Positions 28,014-37,744 of a stretch of DNA of 64,000 nucleotides are shown in pieces; within the stretch, counting starts at the first letter, position 1, and every line of letters starts with the position of its first letter. Position numbers and translations under genes: made by a program. The notes beneath the pieces were generated by a model. The model searched no databases. It was not told the origin of the DNA and saw only the letters and a list, made by a program, of their open reading frames with translations. Where the stretch lies: NCBI RefSeq assembly GCF_904830925.1, contig NZ_LR882967.1, positions 3,362,106 to 3,426,105 on the forward strand. The letters run 5' to 3'. The DNA is from Planktothrix pseudagardhii. Lineage in GTDB: Bacteria; Cyanobacteriota; Cyanobacteriia; Cyanobacteriales; Microcoleaceae.

Positions 28014-31000
28014 TTATTTTTTTGTTAAATTAATAATAGCAAGAACTAACTCATCAGGTTCTATGGGTTTGGCGAGGTGAACTTGAAATCCAGCCGCTAG
28101 AGCTAAAGCCTGGTTCGTTTCTCCAGCATAAGCTGTTAAAGCGATCGCAGGAATGGATGATGTTTTTCTGACTTCTGCAATTAACCCATAACCATCCATT
28201 TCTGGCATCCCAATATCCGAGATTAACACATCCGGCGAAAATTCCGACATCAAACCCAAAGCTTCCCGTGCGCTGTTAGCAACTCTCACTTCAGCCCCAG
28301 CTTGTTCTAATATAAATTCGACTAAATCCCGAATATCAATTTCATCATCAACCACTAAAATTTTTAACCCCATTAAGTCAATTTCCTCAGTCTCTATTGT
28401 TGGAGATTGAGGTTGTTCCCGCTCATAAGCCATTAAAGGTAACTGGACGAGAAACACCGCACCTTGTCCTTCTCCTAAACTATCAACGCTGACTGTTCCT
28501 CCATGTAATTCTGTGAGATGGCGAACAATGGCTAATCCCAATCCTAAACCACCAAATTTACGAGTTGTTGTACTATCTTCTTGACGAAAATAGTCAAAAA
28601 CAAAGGGTAAAAATTCAGAATTAATTCCTTTTCCCGTATCTTTAACTTGAATTTGAGCTTGACCTTCTCGACACTCTAATTGCACCTCGACAACGCCTCC
28701 AGAAGGAGTAAATTTAATCGCATTCGATAACAAATTCCACATCACTTGTTGCAACCGAGTTTTATCTCCTAAAACATTGATAAAAGATTGAGATTCCGGG
28801 AACAAAGCCTCGGGACTTCTCAAAACTTGTCGCAGAGGAATCACCCCCATACCTTCGCCGGGAATCACCTCAAACGTCACCTGAATTCCCTTTGCTTCTG
28901 CGGCTAATTTCACGGTTTCTAAAGCGGCTTGAATGGTGGAAATTAAATTAACGGGCTCCATATTTAACGCCATTTTTCCGCGTAAAATTCGAGAAATATC
29001 TAATAAATCTTCAATCAATTGGGTTTGTAATTTGGCATTGCGTTCAATCGTTTCCAGGGCGCGGGCGGTTCCTGCTGCATCAAATTTGCGAGTTTGTAAC
29101 AGTTTTGTCCAGCCTAAAATCGGATTCAACGGCGATCGCAACTCATGGGATAAAACCGCTAAAAATTCATCTTTGATTCGGTTTGCAACTTCTGCTTCTT
29201 CCCGGGCGGCTCGTTCACGGGTTAACAGTTTTTCTCGCTCTTGTTCGGCTTGTTTTCGTTCAGTAATATCTCGACAAATCGCTTGTACCGTTGGTAAACC
29301 ATTGAGGGTAAACAGAGTCGCACTGACTTCAACCGGAATTCGATGTCCCTGTTTGGTGCGATGCACCGATTCCACCACCAAACGCTTCTGCTGAAGTAGT
29401 TGTTCTATATTGGCTTGGGGATAAACCCAGGATGAACCCACAATATCCGCCACAGACATCGTAAGCAGTTCTTCCCGACTAAAGCCTAACTTGTTACACG
29501 CTTGTTGATTAACTTCGATAAACGTTCCGGGTTGGTAATCTGGCGTGAGATGGTACACCAGTACCCAATCTTCCATGCCATGAAATAAGGTAATAAACCG
29601 TTGTTCGCGTTCTCGTAGTTCCTCTTCGGCTCGTTTGCGATCGCTAATATCCAAAAACGCACCAATAACTCCCCGAATTTTCCCCCCCTCGTCGCGTAAG
29701 GGAACCGCCCGACCATAAATATACCGAACTTCCCCATTTTCAAAGACAAACTCAAATTCTGCCTCAACATCCTCCCCCGTGCGTCCCGCTATTTGCATGG
29801 GTAACTCTTCCAGGGGAATATCAACCCCCTGGTGTTGAATTGTGAATAAAAAAGGATAACTTCCATCTTCCGGGGTAGCCGTAACAATGCTACCAGACGG
29901 TAACTGTACCAATTGATGGGCAGCCCGGTTTGCTGTCATCTCATGACATTGGGGATCGTGGGCAACCCAAACCGCAGCCGGAACCGTTTCCATAAAGGTT
30001 CTCAATTCCTCAGCCCGTGCATTAGCCAAGGCTTCACTTTGGCGTAAGGCTAATTCCACTTGTTTATGGTCGGAAATATTAACCCCAGAACAAGTAACTC
30101 CGATGATTTCATCCTCCGTATTGCGTAGGGGTTCAATGGTTAAATCAAAATAATATTTCTGTTCCTGGATAATCAAACAAAGTTCCTCCCGTGCCCCGGT
30201 AGCGGTTTCTAAAACCTGGCGTTTGAGTTGAACCAGTTGGGATGCTTGTTCTTGTGGGAGTAAGTCAAAATCACTGCGACCGATAATTTCATCAACAGAT
30301 TGTTGAAGAAAGGGATTATAAATCCAGGTGTAGCGTAAATTTTGATCTTGATTAAATAAAGTAATCGGTGCACTTTTAAGGGCAACTCGCAATCGTTCTT
30401 CACTTTGGAGTAAGGCTGCTTCTGATAATTTGCGATCGCTAATATCACTAAAAGAAATCGCCACACCATCACCAATTTTAACACACATATTCCGAAACCA
30501 ACCCATAATTCCTTCCGATTGGTAACATAACTCAATATCGTGGGGTTCTCCGGTTTCTACTACTCGCACATAACGTTCAAATAAATCACTATTGGTTTTA
30601 TTCCCTGGAAGCACTTCTAAAAGTCGCTGACCAATTAACTTTTCAATGGTTTGGTGTAAAACGTCAGCCGCTTTCGGATTAACATAAGTCCACTCAAAAT
30701 CAATAATTTTGCCCGTTTCATCTCGCACACTTTGCAAAATAGTAAAGGCATCTAAGGATAATTCTTGAGCCACCCGAAATCGTTCTTCGCTTTGACGCAG
30801 GGAAACTTCAGCTTGTTTTCGTTCGGTAATATCTCGCCAATAAACGGCTAAACCTTCTTGATAAGGATAAACGTGGGCTTCATACCAAAATCCCGGATGA
30901 ATCGTTGAAGTTTCAAAATGTTCTGCCTCCTGATTTTCCATGACTTGATGCAGTTTTTGAGCTTCAATAGATTTTAAAAAATTAGGATAAATTTCCCATA

Positions 31001-33398
31001 GGTTACACCCTAATAATTCCCCTCTGGTTTTCAAAAATAGCCGTTCTGAAGCTTGGTTAATATAGGTAAATCGCCACTGATAATCTAAAGCAAAAAAGCC
31101 ATCGGTAATACTTTCGAGAATATCAATCACCTGGGCTTTTGTGGTATTTAATTCTTGTTCTCGAATCGTCGCTTCTTGTCGCAGTCGAGTAAGTTCTAAA
31201 ATGGAGTGGACACGAGCTAAAAGTTCACGGGCTGAAAACGGTTTAATTAGATAATCATCAGCCCCGGCTTCTAAGCCTTCAATAGTCGCTTCTTCTCCAG
31301 CCCGAGCAGATAAAAGAATAATGGGGATTTCTTGAGTTCTGGGATCTCGTCGTAGGGTGTGCAGCAGTTCAAAACCATCTAATTCCGGCATCATAATATC
31401 AGAGACGACTAAATCCGGTTTCTGACGATGAATCGCTTCTAAGGCTGCTAACCCATGATGAACGCTTTCGACTTGATAGTGTTGACTCAACAAACGCTGC
31501 ATATAATTCCGCATATCCCCATTGTCTTCTACCAGCAGAATGCGGGAAGTAGGGGATAAAAAAGGTTTTAACGGGGCGATGCAAGACGGATTTTCCCAAC
31601 TCATTACCTCTTCTAAATAAGCTGTGGCTTCTAGGGGTGAGGAATTGTAGCGAGTTGTCTGACAAATCTGATCAGTATCCAGATGAGCGCAGCCAGAGGG
31701 AATGGACACGATAAAACAACTCCCTTCCCCTGGAATACTGCTAATTTCAATCGTACCTGCGTGCAACTGGACTAACTCTTTGACTAAGGATAGACCAATG
31801 CCCGATCCCTCATAGGTTCTGCCTTGCGCTTCGGAAACACGATGAAACCGTTCAAATACATGAGGAATGTCTTTGCTGCGAATCCCAATTCCGGTATCTT
31901 GAACATTCAGTTGAACGTGATCCCCCATCCACCGCAGAGACACTGTAATTTTGCCTTTGAAGGTAAATTTAAAGGCGTTTGAAAGGAGGTTGAGAACTAT
32001 TTTTTCCCACATTTCCCGATCAATATAGATAAGTTCTGGGAGGGGAGGACAATCGATGATCAACTGCATTCCGGCTCGTTCAATAGCCGAACGAAACATA
32101 CTTGCAAGTTCTGTGGTAAACCTTGATAAATCAGTGGGTTCATAAACCGCTTGAAATCGTTCGGCTTCCAAACTGGAAAAATCGAGGAGAGTATTCACGA
32201 GTTTGAGAAGTCGTAAGCTATTGCGTTTGGCGACTTGTAATTGTTCCTGTTGATCAAGGTTGAGAAGGTTGGGATTGAGGAGGGTTTCTTCGAGGGAACC
32301 CAAAATTAAGGTTAATGGAGTGCGGAATTCATGACTAATATTACTAAAAAAAGCAGTTTTGGCTCGGTTAAGTTCTGCTAAGGCTTCTGAGCGTTGTCGT
32401 TCGGCTTCGTAGGCTTGAGCATTGGCGATGGCGATGGCGACTTGATTAGCAATTAAATCAAAAAACCCCCGATAGGAGTCATCAAAGGCACGTCGGGGGC
32501 TGATTCCTAGGATTAAAAATCCGGCTAACTGAGATTGGGGCTTTTGGGTTAAGGGGATGACCATCGCAGCGTGGGGAGGTTCATTCCAAGTCGCCTTTGG
32601 TAACGTCTGGAACCGGGTGTTTAAGTCTTCTAATAGCAGCATTTCCCCAGTTTGGTTAACAAGATTTAACTGCCAAGGATCAGAATTTTCGGTTAAGTTA
32701 ATCGGGGATAGGGCAATGGGATGATTCGGTTCTATTCCGGCGGTTCCCGCAAGATCAGCTTGTTTGCCATCTTGAATGCGATACAGCAGGGCGAAGGGGA
32801 TATCCATGTTGTTAGATGTGATCGCCTCAATTGCACGCTGACAAGCTATTTCAACGGTTTTAGCATCGGTGGTGGCTGTGGCAATTTCTCGCAGGGTTTG
32901 CAGTCGTCGTTCTCCGATAATTTGTTCGGTGGTTTCGGTTACAGCACAAAAAATACCCCCGACTCCGCCACTTTCGTCGGTAATCGGACTATAGGAAAAG
33001 GTAAAATAGGTTTCTTCGGTATAACCGGAACGGTGCATGATCAGCATCAAATTTTCCGACCAGGTAGGCTGACCTGTATGCAGCACACTTTCGGCTAAGA
33101 GTCCCACGACATCCCAGACTTCAGCCCAACATTCTTTCGCAGATTGTCCGAAAAATTGGGGATGTTTTCGGGTTCCTAAAATGGGGCGATACGCTTCATT
33201 GTAGAGGTTAATGTATTCTTCGCCCCACCAAATAAACATCGGATAGCGAGAGTTTAAGATAATACTGACGGCGGTTCGTAAACTCTGAGGCCATTGTGAC
33301 GGTGGGCCGAGAAGGGTTTTTGACCAATCTAAGGTACAGATTAACTGATGAATTTCCCCTTGCCCACTGAACGAATCTGTTGAGAGGTTAATGTTCAC
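28014..33398 (-). CDS. Multi-domain hybrid sensor histidine kinase (1794 aa) with two HisKA/HATPase_c units, multiple PAS/GAF domains and two receiver domains
   Basis: First H-box SHEFRTPL with a following ATPase (DTGIGI...GSGIGLSL). REC1 motifs ILLVEDNGDMRNY...LVVSDIMMPELDG. Several PAS-like repeats. Second H-box SHELRSPLNPILGW with a second ATPase (DTGKGI...GGLGLGLAIV). C-terminal REC2 motifs ILVVDDEIDIRDL...VLISDIGMPEMDG. Confidence 0.9.
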   Translation of the reverse strand: MNINLSTDSFSGQGEIHQLICTLDWSKTLLGPPSQWPQSLRTAVSIILNSRYPMFIWWGEEYINLYNEAYRPILGTRKHPQFFGQSAKECWAEVWDVVGLLAESVLHTGQPTWSENLMLIMHRSGYTEETYFTFSYSPITDESGGVGGIFCAVTETTEQIIGERRLQTLREIATATTDAKTVEIACQRAIEAITSNNMDIPFALLYRIQDGKQADLAGTAGIEPNHPIALSPINLTENSDPWQLNLVNQTGEMLLLEDLNTRFQTLPKATWNEPPHAAMVIPLTQKPQSQLAGFLILGISPRRAFDDSYRGFFDLIANQVAIAIANAQAYEAERQRSEALAELNRAKTAFFSNISHEFRTPLTLILGSLEETLLNPNLLNLDQQEQLQVAKRNSLRLLKLVNTLLDFSSLEAERFQAVYEPTDLSRFTTELASMFRSAIERAGMQLIIDCPPLPELIYIDREMWEKIVLNLLSNAFKFTFKGKITVSLRWMGDHVQLNVQDTGIGIRSKDIPHVFERFHRVSEAQGRTYEGSGIGLSLVKELVQLHAGTIEISSIPGEGSCFIVSIPSGCAHLDTDQICQTTRYNSSPLEATAYLEEVMSWENPSCIAPLKPFLSPTSRILLVEDNGDMRNYMQRLLSQHYQVESVHHGLAALEAIHRQKPDLVVSDIMMPELDGFELLHTLRRDPRTQEIPIILLSARAGEEATIEGLEAGADDYLIKPFSARELLARVHSILELTRLRQEATIREQELNTTKAQVIDILESITDGFFALDYQWRFTYINQASERLFLKTRGELLGCNLWEIYPNFLKSIEAQKLHQVMENQEAEHFETSTIHPGFWYEAHVYPYQEGLAVYWRDITERKQAEVSLRQSEERFRVAQELSLDAFTILQSVRDETGKIIDFEWTYVNPKAADVLHQTIEKLIGQRLLEVLPGNKTNSDLFERYVRVVETGEPHDIELCYQSEGIMGWFRNMCVKIGDGVAISFSDISDRKLSEAALLQSEERLRVALKSAPITLFNQDQNLRYTWIYNPFLQQSVDEIIGRSDFDLLPQEQASQLVQLKRQVLETATGAREELCLIIQEQKYYFDLTIEPLRNTEDEIIGVTCSGVNISDHKQVELALRQSEALANARAEELRTFMETVPAAVWVAHDPQCHEMTANRAAHQLVQLPSGSIVTATPEDGSYPFLFTIQHQGVDIPLEELPMQIAGRTGEDVEAEFEFVFENGEVRYIYGRAVPLRDEGGKIRGVIGAFLDISDRKRAEEELREREQRFITLFHGMEDWVLVYHLTPDYQPGTFIEVNQQACNKLGFSREELLTMSVADIVGSSWVYPQANIEQLLQQKRLVVESVHRTKQGHRIPVEVSATLFTLNGLPTVQAICRDITERKQAEQEREKLLTRERAAREEAEVANRIKDEFLAVLSHELRSPLNPILGWTKLLQTRKFDAAGTARALETIERNAKLQTQLIEDLLDISRILRGKMALNMEPVNLISTIQAALETVKLAAEAKGIQVTFEVIPGEGMGVIPLRQVLRSPEALFPESQSFINVLGDKTRLQQVMWNLLSNAIKFTPSGGVVEVQLECREGQAQIQVKDTGKGINSEFLPFVFDYFRQEDSTTTRKFGGLGLGLAIVRHLTELHGGTVSVDSLGEGQGAVFLVQLPLMAYEREQPQSPTIETEEIDLMGLKILVVDDEIDIRDLVEFILEQAGAEVRVANSAREALGLMSEFSPDVLISDIGMPEMDGYGLIAEVRKTSSIPAIALTAYAGETNQALALAAGFQVHLAKPIEPDELVLAIINLTKK

Positions 33399-33422
33399 TC
33401 TTTTGAACCCCTATTTTAGTCC

Positions 33423-33680
33423 TTAGTCGGAAAAATATTGAGCCAGAAGATCCCGACTTCGTTGTTGCAGAGTTGGTTCTGGCGAAGCACTCATCTGATC
33501 AAGTAATTGCTTAATCTGATTTAAGGCTAAAGGTAGGGGTTTGGTTCGCCCATTCTCCCATCGATTGACACTTTGGAATGATACCCCTAATTTTAAGGCA
33601 AATTGAACTTGAGACAAATTCAGACACTGACGAGTTTCACGAATTAACTGTGCTACTCTTTGTTGCTCTGTAGCCTTCAT
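33423..33680 (-). CDS. XRE-family helix-turn-helix transcriptional regulator (85 aa)
   Basis: LIRETRQCLNLSQVQFALKLGVSFQSVNRWENGRTKP is a Cro/C1-type HTH. Lies 24 bp upstream of, and co-oriented with, the hybrid kinase gene. Confidence 0.75.
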   Translation of the reverse strand: MKATEQQRVAQLIRETRQCLNLSQVQFALKLGVSFQSVNRWENGRTKPLPLALNQIKQLLDQMSASPEPTLQQRSRDLLAQYFSD

Positions 33681-33784
33681 AACAAAAGGTAAAAAGGATT
33701 AATAATTAGCTCGAACCATACCAGATGTTATATTAAACATAACATCTATCTAAAGATAGAGTTATTTTTTCCAGGTAAGGGTAT

Positions 33785-33836
33785 TGATAACTGATAACTG
33801 ATAACTGATAACTGATAACTGATAACTGATAACTGT
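33785..33836. repeat. Heptamer repeat (CTGATAA)x7
   Basis: ttgataactgataactgataactgataactgataactgataactgtatt, directly 3' of the 33838-35172 gene. Confidence 0.9.
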
Positions 33837-33837
33837 A

Positions 33838-35172
33838 TTAGTTAATATCTTGAACAATCCGAAAACCAGCGTGTTGATAGAAATTCGGACGAAACCAATT
33901 GCGATAATATTTTAAAGCTTCCGTGCCATTTGTGATCCAACAGCCTCCTAACATCATTTGATGTTGAGTATCAAAAAAGATAGCAGAATTATCTTCATAA
34001 AGAAAATGGGGTTCATACCCTGAAAGGGGGTTTAAATGATCACTCAACCATTCCCAAACATTCCCCCGCAAATCATAAAGTCCAGAGTAACTTTTTGCCG
34101 TTTCTAACAATCCCACCGGACTCGGTGAACCGAATTTAAAATTGAGATTATAATGGTCTACATCTTCGACTAAACCATTACCGTAAGTAGCAACATTGTA
34201 CTCAGCTTCATTCATTAACCGAGTTCCTTCACCTTTCCAACGACAATAAGCCATTGCTTCATAATAATTGACTTCCGCCGGCCAATCTAACGGTACATCC
34301 ATTTCATCAAACTGGGCGCGATATTTATAACTGCCCTTTTCTAATCGCCAAAATTTGGGATGTTGGATATTATTTTCAGTTTTCCATTGCCAAGATTTTT
34401 TATCCCAATAGTCTTGATTTTCGTAGCCACCCGCCTTAACAAAATCCAGGAATTCGCGATTGGTAATGAGATATTTACTCGCTAAAAAAGGTGCAACTTC
34501 AACAGTGCGTGAACCATAATCAATATCCCAACCATAAGTTGGATCATCAAAAGTTTTGCCCAGTTTTGCAATTCCACCTGCAACTTTTACCATTTCATTC
34601 TCAGGAGTGAAATTATTAGACGGGGCATATTTCCAGTCTGAAGGGCGTTGAACTCGCTCTAGGGGAAGCTGACGAAATAACATCGAAGAGGTTTCGACAT
34701 GAATGCGCTGATGTTCAATTCCCATGATTAACGCCCACAGGGGATGATCGGGAAGAATTGGCAAAGTAATCGGCGTTTTTTCAATGAATTCTGATAGTCT
34801 TTCTAAGACTTGTTCTCGATATTTCCAAGTCGATGCAACCTCCGGCCATTCCGAATGGGCGATCGCTTGATTTAATTCGGTGGGTGTTGCGGGATCAACC
34901 CCAACTCCAAACAGAATTTCATAGTCTGGATTAAGGCTTTCTTCTAATAATCCAACGTGCATTAATTTATTGATATAGAAAGTCGCCGAATGCCCGAGAT
35001 AAAAAATGAGCGGATTTCTCAAAGGGTCAGGATTCAGATAAAATGTATCTTCTCCGACTAAACTTTTTAGGAGCAGATCTTCGAGTTGCCAAGCATCCTG
35101 AAAATAGTTGAGAAGAGTTTTGCGATCGCAACAATTAAGTTTGGGAGGGGTATTAGATGTCAGAGTCTTCAT
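33838..35172 (-). CDS. EgtB/OvoA-N-type sulfoxide synthase family protein (DinB_2 plus FGE-sulfatase domains)
   Basis: 444 aa. N-terminal DinB-like region. The C-terminus carries the FGE-type signature (GNVWEWLSDHLNPLSG...GGCWITNG...FRPNFYQHAGFRIVQD). Confidence 0.6.
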   Translation of the reverse strand: MKTLTSNTPPKLNCCDRKTLLNYFQDAWQLEDLLLKSLVGEDTFYLNPDPLRNPLIFYLGHSATFYINKLMHVGLLEESLNPDYEILFGVGVDPATPTELNQAIAHSEWPEVASTWKYREQVLERLSEFIEKTPITLPILPDHPLWALIMGIEHQRIHVETSSMLFRQLPLERVQRPSDWKYAPSNNFTPENEMVKVAGGIAKLGKTFDDPTYGWDIDYGSRTVEVAPFLASKYLITNREFLDFVKAGGYENQDYWDKKSWQWKTENNIQHPKFWRLEKGSYKYRAQFDEMDVPLDWPAEVNYYEAMAYCRWKGEGTRLMNEAEYNVATYGNGLVEDVDHYNLNFKFGSPSPVGLLETAKSYSGLYDLRGNVWEWLSDHLNPLSGYEPHFLYEDNSAIFFDTQHQMMLGGCWITNGTEALKYYRNWFRPNFYQHAGFRIVQDIN

Positions 35173-35279
35173 GGTGGATGGGAATGAATGTTTCCTGAGA
35201 ATTAAACCCGATTTTTTGGGGTTATATTCCTTGATTTTATCAATAAAGATGTCTCCTCCTATTAATTATTATTAAAACA

Positions 35280-35320
35280 GGGAGTAGAGATCAGGGTTAA
35301 TTTTCTCTACTCCCTTTTAA
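35280..35320. terminator. Strong hairpin (11-bp stem GGGAGTAGAGA/TCTCTACTCCC) with T-rich flanks on both strands
   Basis: Stem 35280-35290 / 35304-35314 with a 13-nt loop, followed by TTTTAA on the + strand and GTTTTAATAA on the - strand. Positioned 3' of the DUF1232 gene (minus strand). Confidence 0.55.
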
Positions 35321-35342
35321 GATTTATATCAAAAAAATTAAT

Positions 35343-35648
35343 CTAGCTGACAGAAACGTCTACAACGGTTTGGTCACGGTTCACAGATTCAACTTCATTA
35401 ACCTCTGTCCCTTGACGGGTTTGTTTGCGGCGGTTTAAACCTTCAATGAGTAATTGCGATACTTCAGTGACTAAAATGGTCGCAATTATCCCATCATCTA
35501 ACCATCCGACAACGGGTAGAAAGTCAGGAGAAATATCAATCGGACTCACTAAATAAAGTAAGCTTCCTAAAATCACAACCCAACGATATTTTGTATTCCG
35601 TAGGGTAACGCGATACCAATTATAAAAGGATTGAATAAGATCTTTCAT
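35343..35648 (-). CDS. DUF1232 (YkvA-like) small membrane protein
   Basis: VSPIDISPDFLPVVGWLDDGIIATILV matches the DUF1232 core motif. One hydrophobic helix. Confidence 0.65.
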   Translation of the reverse strand: MKDLIQSFYNWYRVTLRNTKYRWVVILGSLLYLVSPIDISPDFLPVVGWLDDGIIATILVTEVSQLLIEGLNRRKQTRQGTEVNEVESVNRDQTVVDVSVS

Positions 35649-35805
35649 TTCACAGCCCTAATGTTGTCTACCTAATTTACATAATGACAAATTGAACTGG
35701 GAGCGAGAAGTGTAGAAAACCCTGTAGGGTTGTAGGGATGTTTCACCAGGGATTTTTCCGTAATGGTGAGGTTGTTAGATGTAGGGTTTTATTTTCAATC
35801 CCTAA

Positions 35806-36759
35806 TTACTGATGACTGATAATCACCTGGACTTTTGCTCCTAAATCTAGTTTTAATTGTTGTTGAGCATTTCCCCCATTCATGGCAATTTCTAACCACT
35901 GATGAGAACCTACTAAGGCGACCAATTGACCTGATGGCAAATCTCCATAGGTTTGACCTTTTGGAATCAGACAAGATAAACCCGCAAGTTTATGTTGCTC
36001 TGTTTGCAATATTTTTTTAGAATTTTTCTTATTTTTAAGTTTATTTTTTTTCGGTTTGTGTTTTTTGTTTTTGGGCTTTTTCTTACCTTCGCTGATTGCT
36101 ATATACCAGTTTTTATCCGCAACGGCTTCCCCAGGAATATTGGTGACTAAATTTCCAAACCCATCAATATATTGAATACATCCCTCTATGCCATCATCAG
36201 TCAATCGACAGGATGGTAAAGATAAGCGTACTAACGTTTTTAGGTCAATGAAGGTTCCCAATTGTTCTAGGGGAATACCAGAGGCTAAATGAGCACCAAC
36301 CGCCGCAAAAATATCTCGACCGTGAAAGGTTGTACTCGGTTGAGAGGTTCGCCAATATTTAGGATTATTTAATTCAACAGCAATAATTTCCGGGGATTCT
36401 AAATGATTAGAATTAATGTCAATTTTAGACGTTAAAAAGGGTTCTAATAGTCCCGTTAATAATCCATTATCCGGCCCGACTAAATAGCTATTTTTAAATT
36501 TAATCGCGATCGCTCGTCGTTGGGTTCCTACCCCAGGATCAACCACAGCAATATGAACGGTTCCTTCTGGGAAATAGGAATAAGCATTCATTAAACAAAA
36601 TCTGGACATAGCAATATTTTGAGGGGGAATTTCATGGGTTAAGTCAATGATATTAATTTGAGGATTAATTTGACTAATAACTCCTTTCATTACCCCGACA
36701 TAAATATCTTTTGAGCCAAAATCTGTTAAAAGTGTTATGATTGGATAATTTGGTAACAT
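35806..36759 (-). CDS. S-adenosyl-L-methionine hydroxide adenosyltransferase family protein (DUF62; fluorinase/chlorinase-like fold) with a poly-Lys insertion
   Basis: N-terminus ITLLTDFGSKDIYVGVMKGVISQINPQINIIDLTHEIPPQNI...HIAVVDPGVGTQRRAIAIKF is the DUF62 N-domain. A basic insert (EGKKKPKNKKHKPKKNKLKNKKNSKK) precedes the C-domain. Confidence 0.7.
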   Translation of the reverse strand: MLPNYPIITLLTDFGSKDIYVGVMKGVISQINPQINIIDLTHEIPPQNIAMSRFCLMNAYSYFPEGTVHIAVVDPGVGTQRRAIAIKFKNSYLVGPDNGLLTGLLEPFLTSKIDINSNHLESPEIIAVELNNPKYWRTSQPSTTFHGRDIFAAVGAHLASGIPLEQLGTFIDLKTLVRLSLPSCRLTDDGIEGCIQYIDGFGNLVTNIPGEAVADKNWYIAISEGKKKPKNKKHKPKKNKLKNKKNSKKILQTEQHKLAGLSCLIPKGQTYGDLPSGQLVALVGSHQWLEIAMNGGNAQQQLKLDLGAKVQVIISHQ

Positions 36760-36788
36760 TATAAACCTTATAATTAATAAAAATCAAA

Positions 36789-37640
36789 ATGAACAGTCAA
36801 TGGAAAAGTTTTCTAAAAAATCTGGGAGAATGGCAAGGGTCTTTTACCCAGTTCTCACCCCAAGGAGAACTCATTAATGATATTCCCAGTCATCTTACCC
36901 TAGAAAGTTTTAATGAAAATCGAACAGCCCGCCTAACCCTAAAACGATTTTATCCTAATTCCGATCCAACACTTGAACCGGAAATTAAAGAATTAGTTCG
37001 AGAATACCAATCTCTGGGACGAGATATTTTATTTTTTGAGAATGGTACTTTTTCTCAAGGCACTATTCAACTGTCTCCGATTTCAAAATCTGGTGCAGAG
37101 TTTGGGTTTATTCATGAAAATCGACGGTTGCGCCTAGTAGAATTATTTAATCTTGATGGTTATTTAGAAAGCTTAACTTTAATTCGAGAAAAACGTCAGG
37201 GAAGCAATGATATTGAACGCCCTGCTTTAACCCTTGAAGCCTTATTAGGAGAGTGGAAAGGTGAAGGAATTACCCTTTATCCTGATTTACGTTCTCCTGA
37301 TATTTATCCAACTCGAATGCAGTTGCAATTAGAGTCTGATAGTAAATATCAACTGCTGCAAAATTTAACGTTTGGGGTTCAAGACATTAAAATATCCTCA
37401 AAAGCTAGAATTGAGGGTTCAATGATTCGCTTTGATCAAGGGAAAAACCCAGTTAGAGTCATATTATTGCCGGATGGGGCATCTGCTACAATTCCTGAAC
37501 GAGTAGAGTTAAGAAAACCCTTCTTTTTTGAAGCAGGTTGGTTAATTAAGCCTGATATTCGACAGCGTTTAATTCGTCAATATAATGATAAAGGAGAATG
37601 GTTGAGTTTAACATTAGTTACAGAGTATAAACAATCCTAG
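36789..37640 (+). CDS. Hypothetical protein (283 aa)
   Basis: Clean ORF with a plausible start. No signal peptide or known motif recognised. Confidence 0.4.
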   Translation: MNSQWKSFLKNLGEWQGSFTQFSPQGELINDIPSHLTLESFNENRTARLTLKRFYPNSDPTLEPEIKELVREYQSLGRDILFFENGTFSQGTIQLSPISKSGAEFGFIHENRRLRLVELFNLDGYLESLTLIREKRQGSNDIERPALTLEALLGEWKGEGITLYPDLRSPDIYPTRMQLQLESDSKYQLLQNLTFGVQDIKISSKARIEGSMIRFDQGKNPVRVILLPDGASATIPERVELRKPFFFEAGWLIKPDIRQRLIRQYNDKGEWLSLTLVTEYKQS

Positions 37641-37712
37641 GAGTCAGGTTTTATCCCTATAGCCTACATTAAATAATGATTATTTTTTGATACAAAAAAA
37701 TTTTTTAAGTTA

Positions 37713-37733
37713 GAGGGCGAGAAGACCTCGCCC
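37713..37733. terminator. Stem-loop GAGGGCGAG-AAGACC-CTCGCCC between convergent genes
   Basis: 7-9-bp GC stem. A T/A-run flanks it (tttttt upstream on +; aaaaaattttttt downstream on -). Sits between the 36789-37640 (+) and rtcB (-) 3' ends. Confidence 0.45.
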
Positions 37734-37744
37734 CTACGGAATTT

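Noticed and set aside
29486-31665. Several 88-108-aa minus-strand ORFs overlapping the hybrid kinase gene in other frames (29486-29770, 30209-30535, 31399-31665).
   Set aside because: They are nested in a strongly supported 5.4-kb CDS. They have no motifs and are most likely frame noise.
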